Shown: positions 32,980 through 51,525 of the stretch, piece after piece
How the letters are laid out: each line of letters opens with the position of its first letter
Position numbering within the stretch: position 1 is the first letter of the stretch
Position numbers and translations under genes: made by a program
Notes under the pieces: generated by a model
The model's input: only the letters and a program-made list of their open reading frames with translations
Databases searched by the model: none
Told to the model about the DNA's origin: nothing
DNA from: the human T2T-CHM13v2.0 reference genome, Homo sapiens
NCBI RefSeq assembly: GCF_009914755.1
Contig: NC_060926.1
Reading direction: 5' to 3' (one strand)
DNA length: 64,000 bases

Positions 32980-34739
32980 ATTTCTTTATGAATGGCTAAA
33001 TTTACTTAATCAGCTTGGTTATACAGTCAATTCGAATGAGCCATTGAGAACTTTGGATAACTATCACTGGTTTCTATTGAATAAACAAGTATTAAACATG
33101 TAGGTGCATTCCAAAATGTCTTTAGCAAGGAAATTTCTAGAGATAACATTCCTTATCATTAAATGGCTAAGATTCTATATGGTAAGTTATGTTTTGTAAG
33201 TGGGGCAACTAAGGCCAGATACCATGCTCTGCATTTTTAGTTTATTATATCTAATGTTTATAGTTTTCTAACTTAGGTAGATATATGCTTATTTTATAAA
33301 TGAAGAGCTTGAGTTTAAAGCAAATAGGTGACTTGTTCAAGAACACAGAGATAAATTGAATCTATACTTTTTTTTAACTTATATGTATAATAGAAAAAAT
33401 CCATAACAAAAAGCTTTAGATAACTGGCAGGTGACGTTTTCCAACTTTTGGTTAAGCTGAGTAACAAACAGTGAGTTCCCCATTTCTGCTAATGTTTTAG
33501 AGAGGTTGGGTGATCATGTGATAAAGATATATTAGTGAGATTCATATAGTGGATACGAAATTATTAAAAAATAACCTCTAAGTTCAACTTCAATTCTAAT
33601 ATTTTATCAGTTTATCGCCATGTCAACATAAAGGTACAGTTGAAGCTACTGTTTTAATTTTTCCTTGTTTTAGGAAACCAGTTGATACATTGTTCTAGAC
33701 CTTTCCTAGGGAATGGTGTCAGCTTTCACAGAAAGTTGTCTGCTTTTCATTTCCAGTCAAGAAAACTCTAGTGTTTGACACATAGCTCTTTGCTCTTTGA
33801 TTTGATTGGCCATATGGAGTTGTTAAAACATTTAAAAGCTGATCTCAATTGGACTTTCAGTTGATAACACCTTGGTATCCTCTTTTGTGCAGTCATAACC
33901 CATGCCAGTTTTCATGAGCTTGAACATTCATTACTGGGTTCATGACCCAAGCCATTAGCCCATCACTGCCATGCACTTGTCAACAGCATCTGAAAGCATG
34001 AAGCTTAAACCTATCTGGTCTCTGGTGTTATTCAATTTGTGAGTGAAAAAATCACACACTACCTAGTTAATGTGTGTATATATTTTTCCCTTCTCCTTTG
34101 AATTTGAATGTTCTCTGGGTTTTCTACCATTACCAGTAATGCTAATTATTTAATTTGTCTCTGTCACCCACATCTGTGATAAAATAGTTTGTTTGCACAT
34201 TGTACTCCTTAGCTTTTAATTTCTCCAAGATCCTATTATATTTAAAAGATTTAAAAATGTGAAATCTCTTAAGTAGAGAAGTCACTAAGTCCTTGTAGAC
34301 CATAAGGATTGCCTGCTCTCCTCAGACTCATGGTTAAGTGGCATCAGTGGTCTGAACCATTCAGCTGTGTTGTTCTCTAAGGCCCAACCAACCACCAAGG
34401 TAGAGAAGGAACATATCTGTGAATCAGTGTACAGTACCTGAAATGGGAAGGTTAGTTCTGTGTCTAGGAGACATGGTGCGCAAGTTACTTGACTTCTGTC
34501 AGTGGCCATATCTTCTTCACCTATAGGACTGAGAGGATAATTCCTCTTATGCCTTTCTTCTAAAGGCATTGTGAGCATCACAGGCCTATGCTTTCTAAAC
34601 ATTATAAACCACTTAAAACATTCTTGACTCCATCTCTTATTGAATAAAATTTATTTTTCATTTCTCTAGACTCTATGACTTTGGGCAAGTCAACCAGTAT
34701 TTCTGGGCATTAGTTTTGTCAAAGCACCTGAGTGATAAC

Positions 34740-34930
34740 CACAGTTATTTATTGGGAGTTGAGTATGTGCCCATCATCGGGCCAATAAGGTTTGGTTAAC
34801 TGTATTTATTCCTCATGAATTATTTTCATTGCCTTCACTTGATGGCTCAGGAAATGGAGCAGAGAGAGCTCGGTAACTTCCCTAGGCTCACATAGCTAGT
34901 TAGTAGCAAAGGTGGAGGTAGATGCTTCAG
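34740..34930 (-). mobile_element. MIR fragment
   Basis: ggaaatggagcagagagagctcggtaacttccctaggctcacatagctagttagtagc. Confidence 0.65.
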
Positions 34931-37900
34931 GTCATTAAATAAGGAGGGATTAAAATATTTCATGGAATTATCCTAGGTGGCGTCTAGGTTCAAAGAATGT
35001 AAAATGCAGAGAATAAAAGATCTGCTTTTTTTTTCTTTGTTTTGGCCAACTTTTTTCACCAGCCTGTATTTCCTCTCCTTTCTTTCTTATCTGTTTTGAA
35101 ATTCCAATTGCTGCCTTCACTTTGGCAGGGTAGATGGGGGTGGTTAGAGTTGCCTTCCCTGCTGTGCTTAAGTTCTTATTGTGTAAAGATCCTGTAACTC
35201 GCTAAATTAGCTTAAAAAGCTCTGGTTTTGTTTTCGTGCCAGCATATTACCTCACCACACTATCACTTTTTACCCTCCAAGACTTGCCATACCAAGTGGC
35301 AGTGCTCAAATCACATAAAGAGGAGCCGTTGTTGCTTGTTCGCTAGTACGTGGGTTTGTATCCCCAAACCATGTCTTTTTTACATGATACTAATTTTGTC
35401 TGGAATATTCTTATTTTTCCATACAAAAAGCAAATTCCTGCTTTTCCTTATGAAACATCAGTCAGTTCTTCTGTATACTCAACCATGACTTTCCCAGACA
35501 TCTTTTTTTTTTTTTTTTCCTTTAAGTTGCCAGCATGACTTTTATGCTTAGCAATGTTTGGATTCCATGTTCCTAAACCAAATTTTCTCAGAGCAGGGAT
35601 GCTGGTTTTTGCTTTCTGCATTTTCAGCATCAAACACAGTATCTAGCACGTAGTTACGCTGTTGTTTCAGCAAATGAATTACTACTTTGGTACAACAGAC
35701 CCTAATTTTAATTTGAAGATTGACACAATTGTGAAGGTATACTAAAAAGTTTTCTTGAAATTTTAGATGAAATATAAGTAGTAGAGGATATTTTTTCTCC
35801 TTCCAAAAATTAAAGAGAAGAAAATCACTCAGCTTAATTTTCGTTTAACAAAAAAGAACCAAAGTGTTATGACTAACACTGTCACAGAGTATGGTGTGAT
35901 TACTGATGATCAAACTTCTGTAGCAAGTTACATGTATATATAAAGACTAATACTGTTCTTCCAATTACTAAGGTAAGTTCTTAGAAGTAAAAATATTTAT
36001 GTTTAGATTCCTGAAATAGTCACTAATCATGAAACTGTATTGAAGCAAACCAAATTCCTGGAACTAGACAGACTGTGATAGAATCCAGTAGGCTGATGGA
36101 GGTACTCTGCATGACAGCGGGGCAGATGGATTTGCTGAAATCCAGTGTTGCCCAACTACAAATCTGCCATAAAAGAAAAATGCAAACATGGAGACTTTTA
36201 AAATAGGAATAATTTGGACTCTCACAGAGGAACATTTTCAAGTTATGGTTTAGGTGGGCTTCTTAGAGCCATCCTAGATTCCAAGAACTAAAAGTAACTG
36301 CAGACATCAGGCAGAGATGGTCCAAGTTGTCAAGCAGAAAATAAATGCATTACTCAAAACATGCCATCTCTTCATAAGCACTCTTAGAATTTCCATGTTT
36401 AAGAATTTATTTTTTTTTCTAAGACTGGGATTCTTTATATGAAAGTATTTTTTTTTCTCCTTGGTTTTTTAAACATCTCAATACAATGGCAATTAATTCT
36501 GGAAAGTCAAAACCAGAAAGCGTTTTAGAGAGTCTTCCTTACTTTGCCATAAGGTATTTAAGATGGAAGTCTGTTTTAGTTTTTCATAGATCTTACAAGG
36601 CCCAGTCCAGTGCTTAAAACATTTTAATGTTCAATTAATTTTATTTGAGCTAAATTGGATTCATATCTACTGCTCACCACCATCCACAAGCATCATTTCA
36701 AACCTGTTTGGGAATTAAAATAAATGAATCCTAGGATGACTATGGTTTGTCTCAAGGTCAAAAGCTGTGACAGAGCTAGATTTAACATCAACAGATTCCT
36801 TCTTATTTATGTTACTAATGAGTATTAATATATATTACTGAACTTTTTGACCTTCTGTAATGAAAATTTCTGATTATAGATTTATTTTGTTATGCTAAAA
36901 TATATGCAATTTTAAAGAAAAAGGACACCATCAGTGGTTGGCAGTCAGAGCCAGGGATTTTCTTGAGAGCTGATACTGAAGTATTATTGAAATGATATAA
37001 TAATATATTATTGAAATAATATTTTTTTTCCATTTTCTTCCCAAAGGATGCCTATAATGCTCTGGATGACTCTCCACTCTCAGCCTTTTATATCTAGCAC
37101 CTCATTCCTGAAAACTTTCATCTCTTTTCACTATTCCATGTATTCTGACAGCATCCGAAATTTACCTTACATTACTTATATCATTTTCTTGTGTATAGGA
37201 ACAATTCTACTCATTAATACCACCACTACTGCTATTGAAATTTTGGTTCTATGAATATCTCAATTATATTCCTTCTTCTTTACTTTATTATATAGCCTTT
37301 TTGTCCTGGTTTATTCCTTAGAGTTTTATGCTTTGCTTATATACAATGTACATTGCTATGTATGTCTTTAAGTTAGTGTACAGATTTTTAACTGTCTTAA
37401 TTGTTTTAGAAAAATATCTAGTCTTCCAAAAGTAGATCAATATCAGTTAATTGGCTTATCTACCGAGTCCTTAGGATGATGTTGTATTTGTCTTCATAAT
37501 CATTGATTTATTTGTTCCTGTTTGTCTTTGAAGGAAGGTCTGTCTATCTAGACTCAGTGTTTATTTCTCTTGACTTTGCTGGGTCTTCCAAGGTCCACAC
37601 ATCCACAGGTGCAGTTGCCTAGCTCCCAGCTCACTTCTCAGTGTCTAATCAAATTCCAACTGTTGCATTCCTGTAATAATTGATATTGTGTCTTTACTTA
37701 TCGCTCCAATTCTTACCCCTTCAGCACTGAAAACAGATAGTGTACATGAAAAATCACATTGCACCCCCAGCAGTATCTTTTTAGGAAGATCGGTGTTGGT
37801 CACGCCCAAGACAAAACTCCTTAGTTGTAGGGACCTTATATCCCGCAATATGTGGAATCCATCACTATCTTCTTAACCCATCCTATATACGAAGATATTT

Positions 37901-39636
37901 TCTGCAATTTGACGTCCCTAATAGATATTGTAAGAGAGACACTATAGGGAGGAGAGGGTTGGAAAGTAAAGGTCACATACTTTAAGTAGTACCTAAGCAG
38001 CAGACAGACCGCCCATAATTATCTGATAAATGCAGCCATTTGAATTTTAGATGTAATGGACAGACAGTCAGACAATAGTACCATGGCATAGAGTTTTTTT
38101 TATTTTGGTTTTGATTATGTTTGTTTGTGTGTGCGTGTGTGTGTTGTTTTTAAACTACTTTTTGGCAACATAGCCTGGTGGTCCAAATGTTGGGATTTTT
38201 AGTTAAATTCTAGAAAATATATAGGTCACGGATGTTCTTCCCAGTGTCTTAAAGGTTGACGGTTCTAGTTTTCAGTGTAATATGATGTCTACTATATACA
38301 ACTATATATGTCTTTATTAACAATCTAATAGAGCTTTTGGAGAGCATGTGACAAATACAGCTAACCAGGCACAATTTTAATATTAACTATCATATGACTT
38401 TTTACTTTTTTACGTTTTAAAGCCAACTTTTTCTACTTTCTTTATACTTTTCTAAGTGTTTCAAATTATTAAAATATGTCTTATAATTTTTAAAGATCCT
38501 AGGATTAATAAATCACTGAAACTTTAACGAGGTGCAATATCAAGGCAGTCTTTTGTTTCAGAAAATGATTACAATTATTAATGAATAACAAGCACTAATA
38601 CAACTTTGTACATCTTTTTGTTACGTGTATGACTGACATTTATTTATTTGAGGTTATGGTAAAATTAAAATTCTATACTATATCTAATAAAACTAGTTTT
38701 AGTATTTGTGCAAACAGAAGTTGACATTTGATGGAGATGCAAAAGGAAAAAAAATACTCATTATTCTAGGTTTTAGATTGGAATCTAAACATTTCTAATT
38801 GAAAACAGTTTAGGAATTAAAGAAACCTTGTCCTAGTTCTGCCTTCCTCTGGTGTGTGTTTAGGTTAATGTCCCTTAATCTAAGGGAAATTAGATAGCTA
38901 AAAGTCATCAGTGAATTCAGCACACCTTTATTTTAGCCTTTGCTGTAAATTAAGGTCTGTGACCATTATTGAAGGTTTACCTGAACTCCTTACAATATTA
39001 GTTTTCCATTTCTTCTTGTCCTGAGTTTGTGCTAACAAAATCATACGAAGAAAAAGAGAAGAAAGGCCGAAATTATGACAGAGAGAGAAATATAGGATAG
39101 CTTCTCTGAATAAAGCCTAAGCCTGGGGACAGGAAGTCTACAGTGTGCCATATTTCTCTCCTTTCCTTCTGGTAGCCCCTGGGGGCCATTGTGAAATCTC
39201 CAGGGAGTCCAGGAGCACAGGATAGAAACCATGACATGGGAGGTTATTGTGAGATTAAAGGATGTAATATATGTGAACTAGTAATATGCAAACTTTACAA
39301 ATGTAAGATTCAGTATTATTTTACTTTCTATCAATTTAATGTATTTTAAAGTAGTCATCATCTTTTCCCAATGTATTATTTATTCCACATATTTGAAGCA
39401 CCATATCATATCACACTTATCCTTAATTGTCTTCAGGTTTGCAGTATTTAAATTAAATCACTAATTCAAATTGAAAAATGAGAGGAACTATTAGTTTGTA
39501 GAAATGTACTTATTACTAGATTAAAGTGTGGCAATTCCAGTTTTTTCACGATCAAGTGACTATGTGGTATAATATGTTTTCATCAAAAGGCTGCATGTTA
39601 TTATGAATTTTTAAAAGAGTGTGATAGTCGGCTCCT

Positions 39637-39700
39637 TTTTTAAATTTAATTTTAATTGAAATTAATTTTAATTTTAATTTTAATTTAATTTAATTTAATT
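39637..39700. repeat. (TTTAA/TTTTAA)n low-complexity repeat
   Basis: Read directly. Confidence 0.85.
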
Positions 39701-41606
39701 CCAAAATATTTTCTTTAAATAAAATTTGACATCATCATAGAAAATTATATGATATCAACAAACTTCTTTTCTATGGTAATATTACTGTATGGTAAGTTTA
39801 TATCTCATTATTTCTGTGATTGCTATCTGCGCTTTATTTTATTTTCTCAAGAAAATTGACCATTTTCACTAATAATATAATTTACTTTAAGTAAAGGATA
39901 GGCTCTGCATATATTAACAGAGTTGTTTGAGTTCCAGCTTTCATTGAAATGATTTCCTGAGAATTGATTGCATGCCGGATGCTAATCTTTACTACAATAG
40001 CTGAAAATTCACATTTCAATATATCTAACAGCAAATGATCAGACTGCTACCCAGACAGTGTGATTCATCTATAGCCATGTTAGGCTGAAAGTATAAATAA
40101 ATCAATAACACACACTGGTGATAAGGAAATGTTCTCAAAAGTACATGAAAGAAAACAAGATTATTTCATAAACAAGTCTATATATTCACAACAAAGGAGA
40201 AAGTAGAAGTTTAGATTATTATAATAAAAAAGGCATCTGCTTTATGTATAATTAAATAGTTTTTCTATGAGTCTGTAAAAACTTTTACACGAATAATTGC
40301 CTTATTTTTCCTTTGTAGTTATGATTACTTAAATATCAATTTATTAAATGCCTGTCCTGTGCCACACCTATATTCAGTGTTAGAAAGATGAATGAGGGAT
40401 TATAACTGAACTTAAGGGTGAGATAAAGCTGTGGGCAAATATTTCCAGTAAAATGTTTGGGTGTTACGTAATACTGGAAATCTGTTTAAGACAAGAAGTA
40501 TAACAGCGGAAAGATGGACTTTCTGTGGTGGAGGCTTTACAAAGGAAGTAGAGCTTTAGTAGGGTTTTCAAGAATAAATAGAAAGTGTGAAATGACAAAG
40601 GATGGGCCAGAGACATTCCAGATTGAGGCAACAATAGTCTTCACAGTACAGATGTGGCCAGAGTGCTTTCTGCTCGGTATTTGAAAAATGTCTTATTTCT
40701 CTCTTCTATGATTCAATTTATTGGCTGATTATTCTGCCCAAGCCAAAAAATATGTATAACTTCTGTTTATGTTAATCCTTGTAAATCCATCTCTAATGCA
40801 CAGAGAGATGCACGTGGAAGAAAATGTGTTAGATCAGTTTTCAGATTTGACTGTACAAAAACTTGGGTTCTAAAGACATGTCTGTGGAGCTGTGGAAGGA
40901 AAAGCTGCATGAAGGCTTTCCTGATTCCCTGCTTCAACCAGAACAGTCTCACTTTAAATTGGTTTTAATATTGAGATTTCTCATTTGGAATAAACAAAAA
41001 CATTGAATTGCAAAAAGAAAATATGTTTAACTGAAATCTCCTATCAAAGACAGCCTTGTGGTCGCTTTTCTTGTTTAATCTCTTGTAGATGACAGAAAAA
41101 TTGAGAGCTTGTTTATAGACTTGGGAACACTTAGGCTTTGAAATCCATATTTACTTACTTGAAGGTCAGTCATTTTTGCCCCCTGATGATTTTAGAAAAT
41201 GTCAGGGAAACAGGCACAGTAATTGATCATATTAGGATGGAGTGAATCCATGAAGAATTGACAGCTTGATCTCGAAAGCTGTAGTGTATGTATGAGGATT
41301 TGTAGAGAAGTAGAAAATAAGTAAAGGCCTGGAGAAAGCAGAGTAAACATAGAGTAGAACCTGTACAGAGTCAAGGACTGGTACACTGGTCTCAATTCTA
41401 CTCTTTATAAACAAAATAAACAATGGAAAGTTACGGTTTAATTCCTGGATTACATGATTGTTAAAATGGAAGGATAGTTTTTAACAAGAAGGTACATTTA
41501 AACAAACAAGGACTCCAGGGTACTCAGATTCTTCATCTGCCTATTTTACTGTCTATTTCATCTATTTCTGGGAACATTATGTACAGAAAATATAAGATTA
41601 ATCCAA

Positions 41607-41774
41607 TTTTAGCATGTATCAGAATCACCTGGTGGATTTGTTAAAACATGAACTGGTAGGCCTTGTCCCTGGAATTTCTGATTCAGTAGGTTTGGGGTAC
41701 GCGTTAAGTATTGGCATCTCTCGTTAAGCGCCAGGTGATGCTGCTAGTCCCAGAACTAACTCAGAGAATCACTG
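41607..41774. mobile_element. MER5A (hAT-Charlie non-autonomous DNA transposon)
   Basis: atcagaatcacctgg...tctgattcagtaggt...ccaggtgatgctg...gagaatcactg. Confidence 0.8.
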
Positions 41775-44573
41775 AGATAAACAAACTGTATAAATAAATT
41801 CCTGGAATTGAGTGTCTTCTTCAAATAAAAACAAAATAACTCCCATTTTTCTGCCCAAAGAGTTGTGAAGGCCTTTGTTATTGAAAACATTAAATGAATT
41901 GTTAAAAAATTAAAGATTTAAACATTTTGCCTAAATGAATATTATAGTGCTGGCTACATTTATTTTAATGCATTTTTGGGGATCGTACAACATCTGCTAC
42001 TGGTATTTCCCACAAAATTTGACCTGTGTTTCTTCAACTCTTAGGTTTACCTTAGTCTACAACTTTTGCTTTCACCCGCCCGTCATGTGAATTTTAAATT
42101 TTACATTTTGATTTTCAAGTTGAACTTTCATGTTGAACTGCTTATGCTTCTCAAATTGCTCCTTTTTCTGCAATTTAAGTATAATACAACTGGATGAAAG
42201 AAGGAGTCTCTTACAAAATGTAGCTCATAGCTCATAAAGATATTTGCAAACTCACCTTTTTTAAGAAACAACAAATGTAGGCTTTTCAATAAAATACGTG
42301 AACTTGAGCTCTTTATAAAACACCACTTGAAGATCATTGACTTTGAAACAAACTAATTTTACTTTATTGAATACCTTTTTCCCTTCTTCAAAGATTTCCA
42401 ATGCTGTATATTGATTGTTCTGCCCTTTTCAATGTCATTTTGTTTTTCTTGCTGCAAAACCATACTCTGAGTTACTTAAATTGTATTTATCATTCCCAGT
42501 ATTATTTTTTTCTTTAGCACAAACCCAAACTTATTAAGAATGCTGTGATGTTAATTTCAGAAGAGGATAGCACTAAAGGCAGAATAATTCTGATATCCAA
42601 ATATTTTTATAAATAACATTTGAAAAACAGTATATATTTTGGTTTAGTCTACTATTAATAGAGGAAAGTTATAGGGAAACATATTTTGTTCTAATAAGAA
42701 AGAATATCTAAAAAAACAGAGCAGGAAATCAATTAAATAATTTGCTGATACTTTCATAAATGTCTTCAAATTATGTTGTGATTAATACTTATAAGAACTA
42801 TTTTTCAGGAGGTTCCAGAATAGAGTGAGTGTTCATCTGAGAACTCATCTGATCCCCTTACAGTTCTAACAGGGACTTTATATGCTAATTTTTCTCCTAA
42901 TGATGGTTTTCTATGTAATGTAACAAGTCTTAAAGTTTTCTTAAATATTCATGTATTAAAGTGTATAAAATTCCTTGGAGTGTTTTATTTTAGAGACTTT
43001 TTCATTAATAGATACAATTTTGTTGATTATAGTTTAAATGGAAGGGATATAAGTCAAAGAAATATTATTCTCAATATGAATTATGAAAGGAGAACAACTT
43101 TAAAAATACTTCATAATGAAGTAAGAAAAAGAGTACATGAAACATCTTTTGGGTTTAAAGATATGAACAAGTGATTTCTGGTGATTTTTTTCTTTTTAAT
43201 TGCAAGTCTGTTTGGCTATTTCTTTGGCTTCTGAGCATCTCTTAAGAGAGTGAATGAAAAGGTAATCATTACCCTTTAGAGGTAAAAAAAAGTCTCTGCA
43301 GGTTTCATAGAATCTATTTGATTTCAATAAGCATTAAAATGTGTTGTAATTTTGCAGGGTATCTCATTGAATGTAGAGCCAAGATTGATTCTGTTGAGAG
43401 CTCAACTAGATGAAAAACGTAGCCAGTATGAAACACTCTTAACTGGCTCACATCCTTGCAGTGGGACTATCACACACCCAGGCACCCTTACTTGCGGTAA
43501 CTGGCTACTGATTCAGCAACTGAATGAGAGAAAAAGATTCTTAATGAACCTGGATCAGAGACCAGATTGCTGACCAGCTCCTGGAGTTAATAATCCATCA
43601 TATGAAGTAAACACATAACCATCACTGAAGTTAGAGTAATGTAAGCGTTGCACCTGACAGCAGTATGGTGTAGGGAGAATGAGTGCAGTTATTCCTGGCA
43701 GGTTTGTACTGGAATCTTAGCCTAGATCTTTACTTTGACTTTATGCCAATTATTTAACTTGCTTTTGTCACTGAAAATAGAAACACAATCAAGACATAAT
43801 ATCTACCTTCCCTCAAGGAATTTATGGAAAACATAGTCAGTTGTTGATGCTGTCAAGTTATTGATATTGTGATAAATATTATGCACAATTACAATAGAGG
43901 TTTGTAGAGCTACGGTAAGAATAGTATAGTCTGCCCTTGGAAGCCACAGGAGGGTTGCCTAATGAAAGAGATCAGGGAAAGTTTCCTGGAGGATGGGACA
44001 TCTTAGCTGAAAATAGTAGGAAAAGTAGAAGCAATAGCTCTTTAGTAAATATGCATTCAGTGCTTGTCTCTTACATGTCAAACACTCAGATAATAACAAC
44101 ATAAATGAACTGTTTAGTAGGACAATTCCAATGCAATAGAAAATCTTACTATGCATCTTCCTTCAGACGAGAACATAGATGTTTAGGGAGGTCTTATAAG
44201 ATCATTCCTTGTACAGTGCCTTGAAGCTGAGTGGGGAGTCAAAGTTAACATTTATCTAACCCTGTGTAGTGCTCTACAGAATGTTAGAATAGTAGATTTG
44301 AAAGTCTTTTCTATTAAGATTATATTGAAGCTTTGGAAACGAATGAGAATGCTAATTGATCATAGGATGAAGGGGAAAGAAATCTGAGCATTATACCAGA
44401 GGGATTCCCTTCCCATAGGAAGTAAGAATATGAAAAAGGAGCTCAAAAAATAAGTGGAAAAACTCGAAAAAGGAAGAATGTTTTCAAAAGAGCATAGTCA
44501 ATAGGAGTAGATAGTCCATAAGTTAAAATGGTAATAAAGTTCTGATGGATTTATCCTTTTGCAATTTACTAGT

Positions 44574-46841
44574 TGTATTCATCCATTCTCATGTTGCTAC
44601 AAATAACCACCTGAGACTGGGTAGTTCAGGAAGAAAAGAGGTTTCATTGACTCACAGTTTCACAGGCTTAACAGGAATCATGACTGTGAGGCTTCAGGAA
44701 ACTTACAATTCGGGCAGAAAATGAAGGGGAAGCAAGCATGTCTCACCACAGCCAAGCAGAAGAGAGAGAGAGAGAGAGTGAAATGGGGCATGCCAAACAT
44801 TTTTAAACCATCAGATCTTGTGAGAACTTACTCACTATCATGAGAAAAACAAGGCGGATATCTGCCCCCATGTTCCAGTCACCTCCCACCAGGCCTCTCT
44901 TGCAACACATGGAGATTACAATTCAACATGAAATTTGGGTGGGGACACAGAGCCAAACCGTATCTTTCTGCCACTGGGTCCTCTTAAATCTCATGTCCTT
45001 CTCGCATTTCAAAACCAATCATGCCTTCCAAACAATCCCCCCGTGTCTTAACTCATTCCAGGAATAACTCAAAAGTTCAAGTCCAAGGCAAATCCCTTCC
45101 ACCTAGGAGTTACTTCTAAGATACAATGGAGGTACAGGCATTGTGCAAATACTCCCATTCCAAGTGGGAGGAGACATGGATCTCCTTTGATTCCATGTCT
45201 CACATCCAGGCCACACTGATACAAGAAGTGGACTCCCAACATCTTGGGCTGCTCTTCCCCTGTGGCTCTGCAGGATACAGCCCTTTGGCTGCTTTCATAG
45301 GCTGGCAATGAGTGCCTGTGGCTTTTCCAGGTGCATGGTGCGTGCTGTTGGTGGGCCTAGCATTCTGGGGTCTGGAGGACAGTGGTCTTTTTCTCACAGC
45401 TCCACCAGGCAGTGCCCCAGTGGAGACTGTATGGGTGTTCCAACCTCACATTTGCCTTCTGCACTGCCTTAGGAGAGGTTTTCCATGAGGGCTCCGCACA
45501 TGCAGCATACTTCTGCCTGGACATCCAGGCGTTTCCATATGTCATCTGAAATCCAGACAGAGGTTCCCAAACTTCATCTCTTGTCTTCTGCACACCTGCA
45601 GGCCCAACACCATGTGGAAGCCACCAAGACTTGAGGCTTGCACCCTCTGAACCAATGATCTGAGCTGTACATTGGTTTCTTTTAGCTATGGATAAAACTG
45701 GAGTGCTGGGATGTAGGGTGCCACGTTCCAAGGCTGCACAGAGCAGCTGGCCCTTGGGCCTGGCCCAGGAAACAAATTTTTACCTGCTAGGCCTCTGGGC
45801 CTGTGATGGGAGGGGCTATTGTGAAGATCTCTGGCATGCCCTGAAGACATTTTTCTCCATTGTCTTGGCTGTTAACATTTGGCTTCTCTTCACTTATGCA
45901 AAGTTCTGCAGGTAGCTTGAATTTCTTCCAAGAAAATGGGTTTTTCTTTTCTACTATATGGTCAGGTCACAAATTTCCCAAACTTTTATGCTCTTTTTCC
46001 CTTTTAAACAGAAGTTCTAATTTCAGACCATCTCTCAGGAAGGCATATGACTGTATGCTGTTAGGAGCATCCAGGTCACATCTTGAACGATTTGCTGCTT
46101 AGAAGTTTCTTCCAATAGATATCCTAAATAATCTCTCTCAAGTTGAAAGTTTCACAGATCCCTAGAGCATAGCACAGTGCTGCCAGTCTCTTTGCTAAAA
46201 TATAGCAAGAGTGACCTTTGCTCCAGTAACCAGTAAGTTCCTCATTTCCACCTGAGATGACCTCAGCCTGGAATTCATTATCTGCATCACTATCACCCTT
46301 TTGGTGGAAACAATTAAACAAGTATCTGGGAAGTTCCAAACTGTACCACATCTTCCTTTCTTCTTCTGACCCCTCCAAATTGCTCCAGCTTCTGCCTGTT
46401 TCCCAGTTCCAAAGTCACTTCCACATTTTCAGGTATCTTTATAGCAGTCTCCCACTCTGCTGGTACCAATTTTCTGTATTAGTTTGTTCTCACACTGCTA
46501 TAAAGATCTACCTGAGACTGGATAATTTATGAAGAAAAGAGGTTTAATTGAATCACAGTTCCACAGGCTTAACACAAATCATGACTGGAAGATGTCAGGA
46601 AACTTGCAATTATAGCAGAAGGTGAAGGAGAAGCACACGTCTTACCATGGTGGAGTGCAAGAGAGAGAGCAAGGGTGCAGTTTTAAACCATCAGAACTCA
46701 TGAGAACTCACTATGATGAAAACAACAAGAAGAAAATCCACACCCATGATCCAGTCACCTCCCATCAGACCCATTCCCCAACATGGGGGGATTACAATTT
46801 GACATGAGATTAAGGTGGGGACACAGAACCAAACCATGTCA
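44574..46841 (-). mobile_element. Complete MaLR provirus (MSTA/THE1D-like): LTR 44574-44965, internal 44966-46474, LTR 46475-46841
   Basis: Two homologous LTRs in direct orientation, MaLR internal sequence, perfect 5-bp TSD ctagt at 44569-44573 and 46842-46846. Confidence 0.93.
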
Positions 46842-47641
46842 CTAGTAGTGCTTGGTATAAGAATATTCATTAGGCTGTTGAGTGTTAAAGCCCAGAAATG
46901 AGGCATTAGTGGGTGAATGTTGAAAGCGGGAGCTGATGCAGTAAATTTAGCCCACTCTTGCTAAAATTGTCTTGGTGGAGCTATAGATGGAGGCAGCAAG
47001 GTATAAAACAAATATTCATTTGTCTGCTTGTTTGTTTGAAGACTAGAGACTTTTTAAGGAATTGCTTCTCTTGTTATTGTTAAACCATTTTGTTATAAAT
47101 TTTATGAGATCTAATGGGAATGGTAATATACAGCCTAGAATACGAATTTCAAAATTATAAATATAATGATTGAATGTTATGTATGAACACTCAGAAGAAT
47201 TTTGAGTTTTGCCCTTCATGTTAGGAAAAGGTGTAATTTCACAATATTCCCTTCAAAGATTAAAAAGACTGGGTTTAGAGTATTGTATTACCAAGTGGAG
47301 GGATAATCTTTTTTTTTCCCTTTCCTTTTGTGCTGCTCTTCCAAGATGGCATTCAGAATTTGAATTTCACCAGTGGACACTTGTTGATTCTAATAGTCCC
47401 TTTCTTTTTTTTTTTAAATTTTATTTATTTATTATTATTATACTTTAAGTTTTAGGGTACATGTGCACAATGTGCAGGTTAGTTACAGATGTATACATGT
47501 GCCATGCTGGTGCGCTGCACCCACTAACTCGTCATCTAGCATTAGGTATATCTCCCAATGCTATCCATCCCCCCTCCCCCCACCCCACAACAGTCCCCAG
47601 AGTGTGATGTTCCTCTTCCTGTGTCCATGTGTTCTCATTGT

Positions 47642-51462
<3,821 letters not shown>

Positions 51463-51525
51463 TATGATGTTAGCTGGTTATTTTGCTCGTTAGTTGATGC
51501 AGTTTCTTCCTAGTCTCGATGGTCT

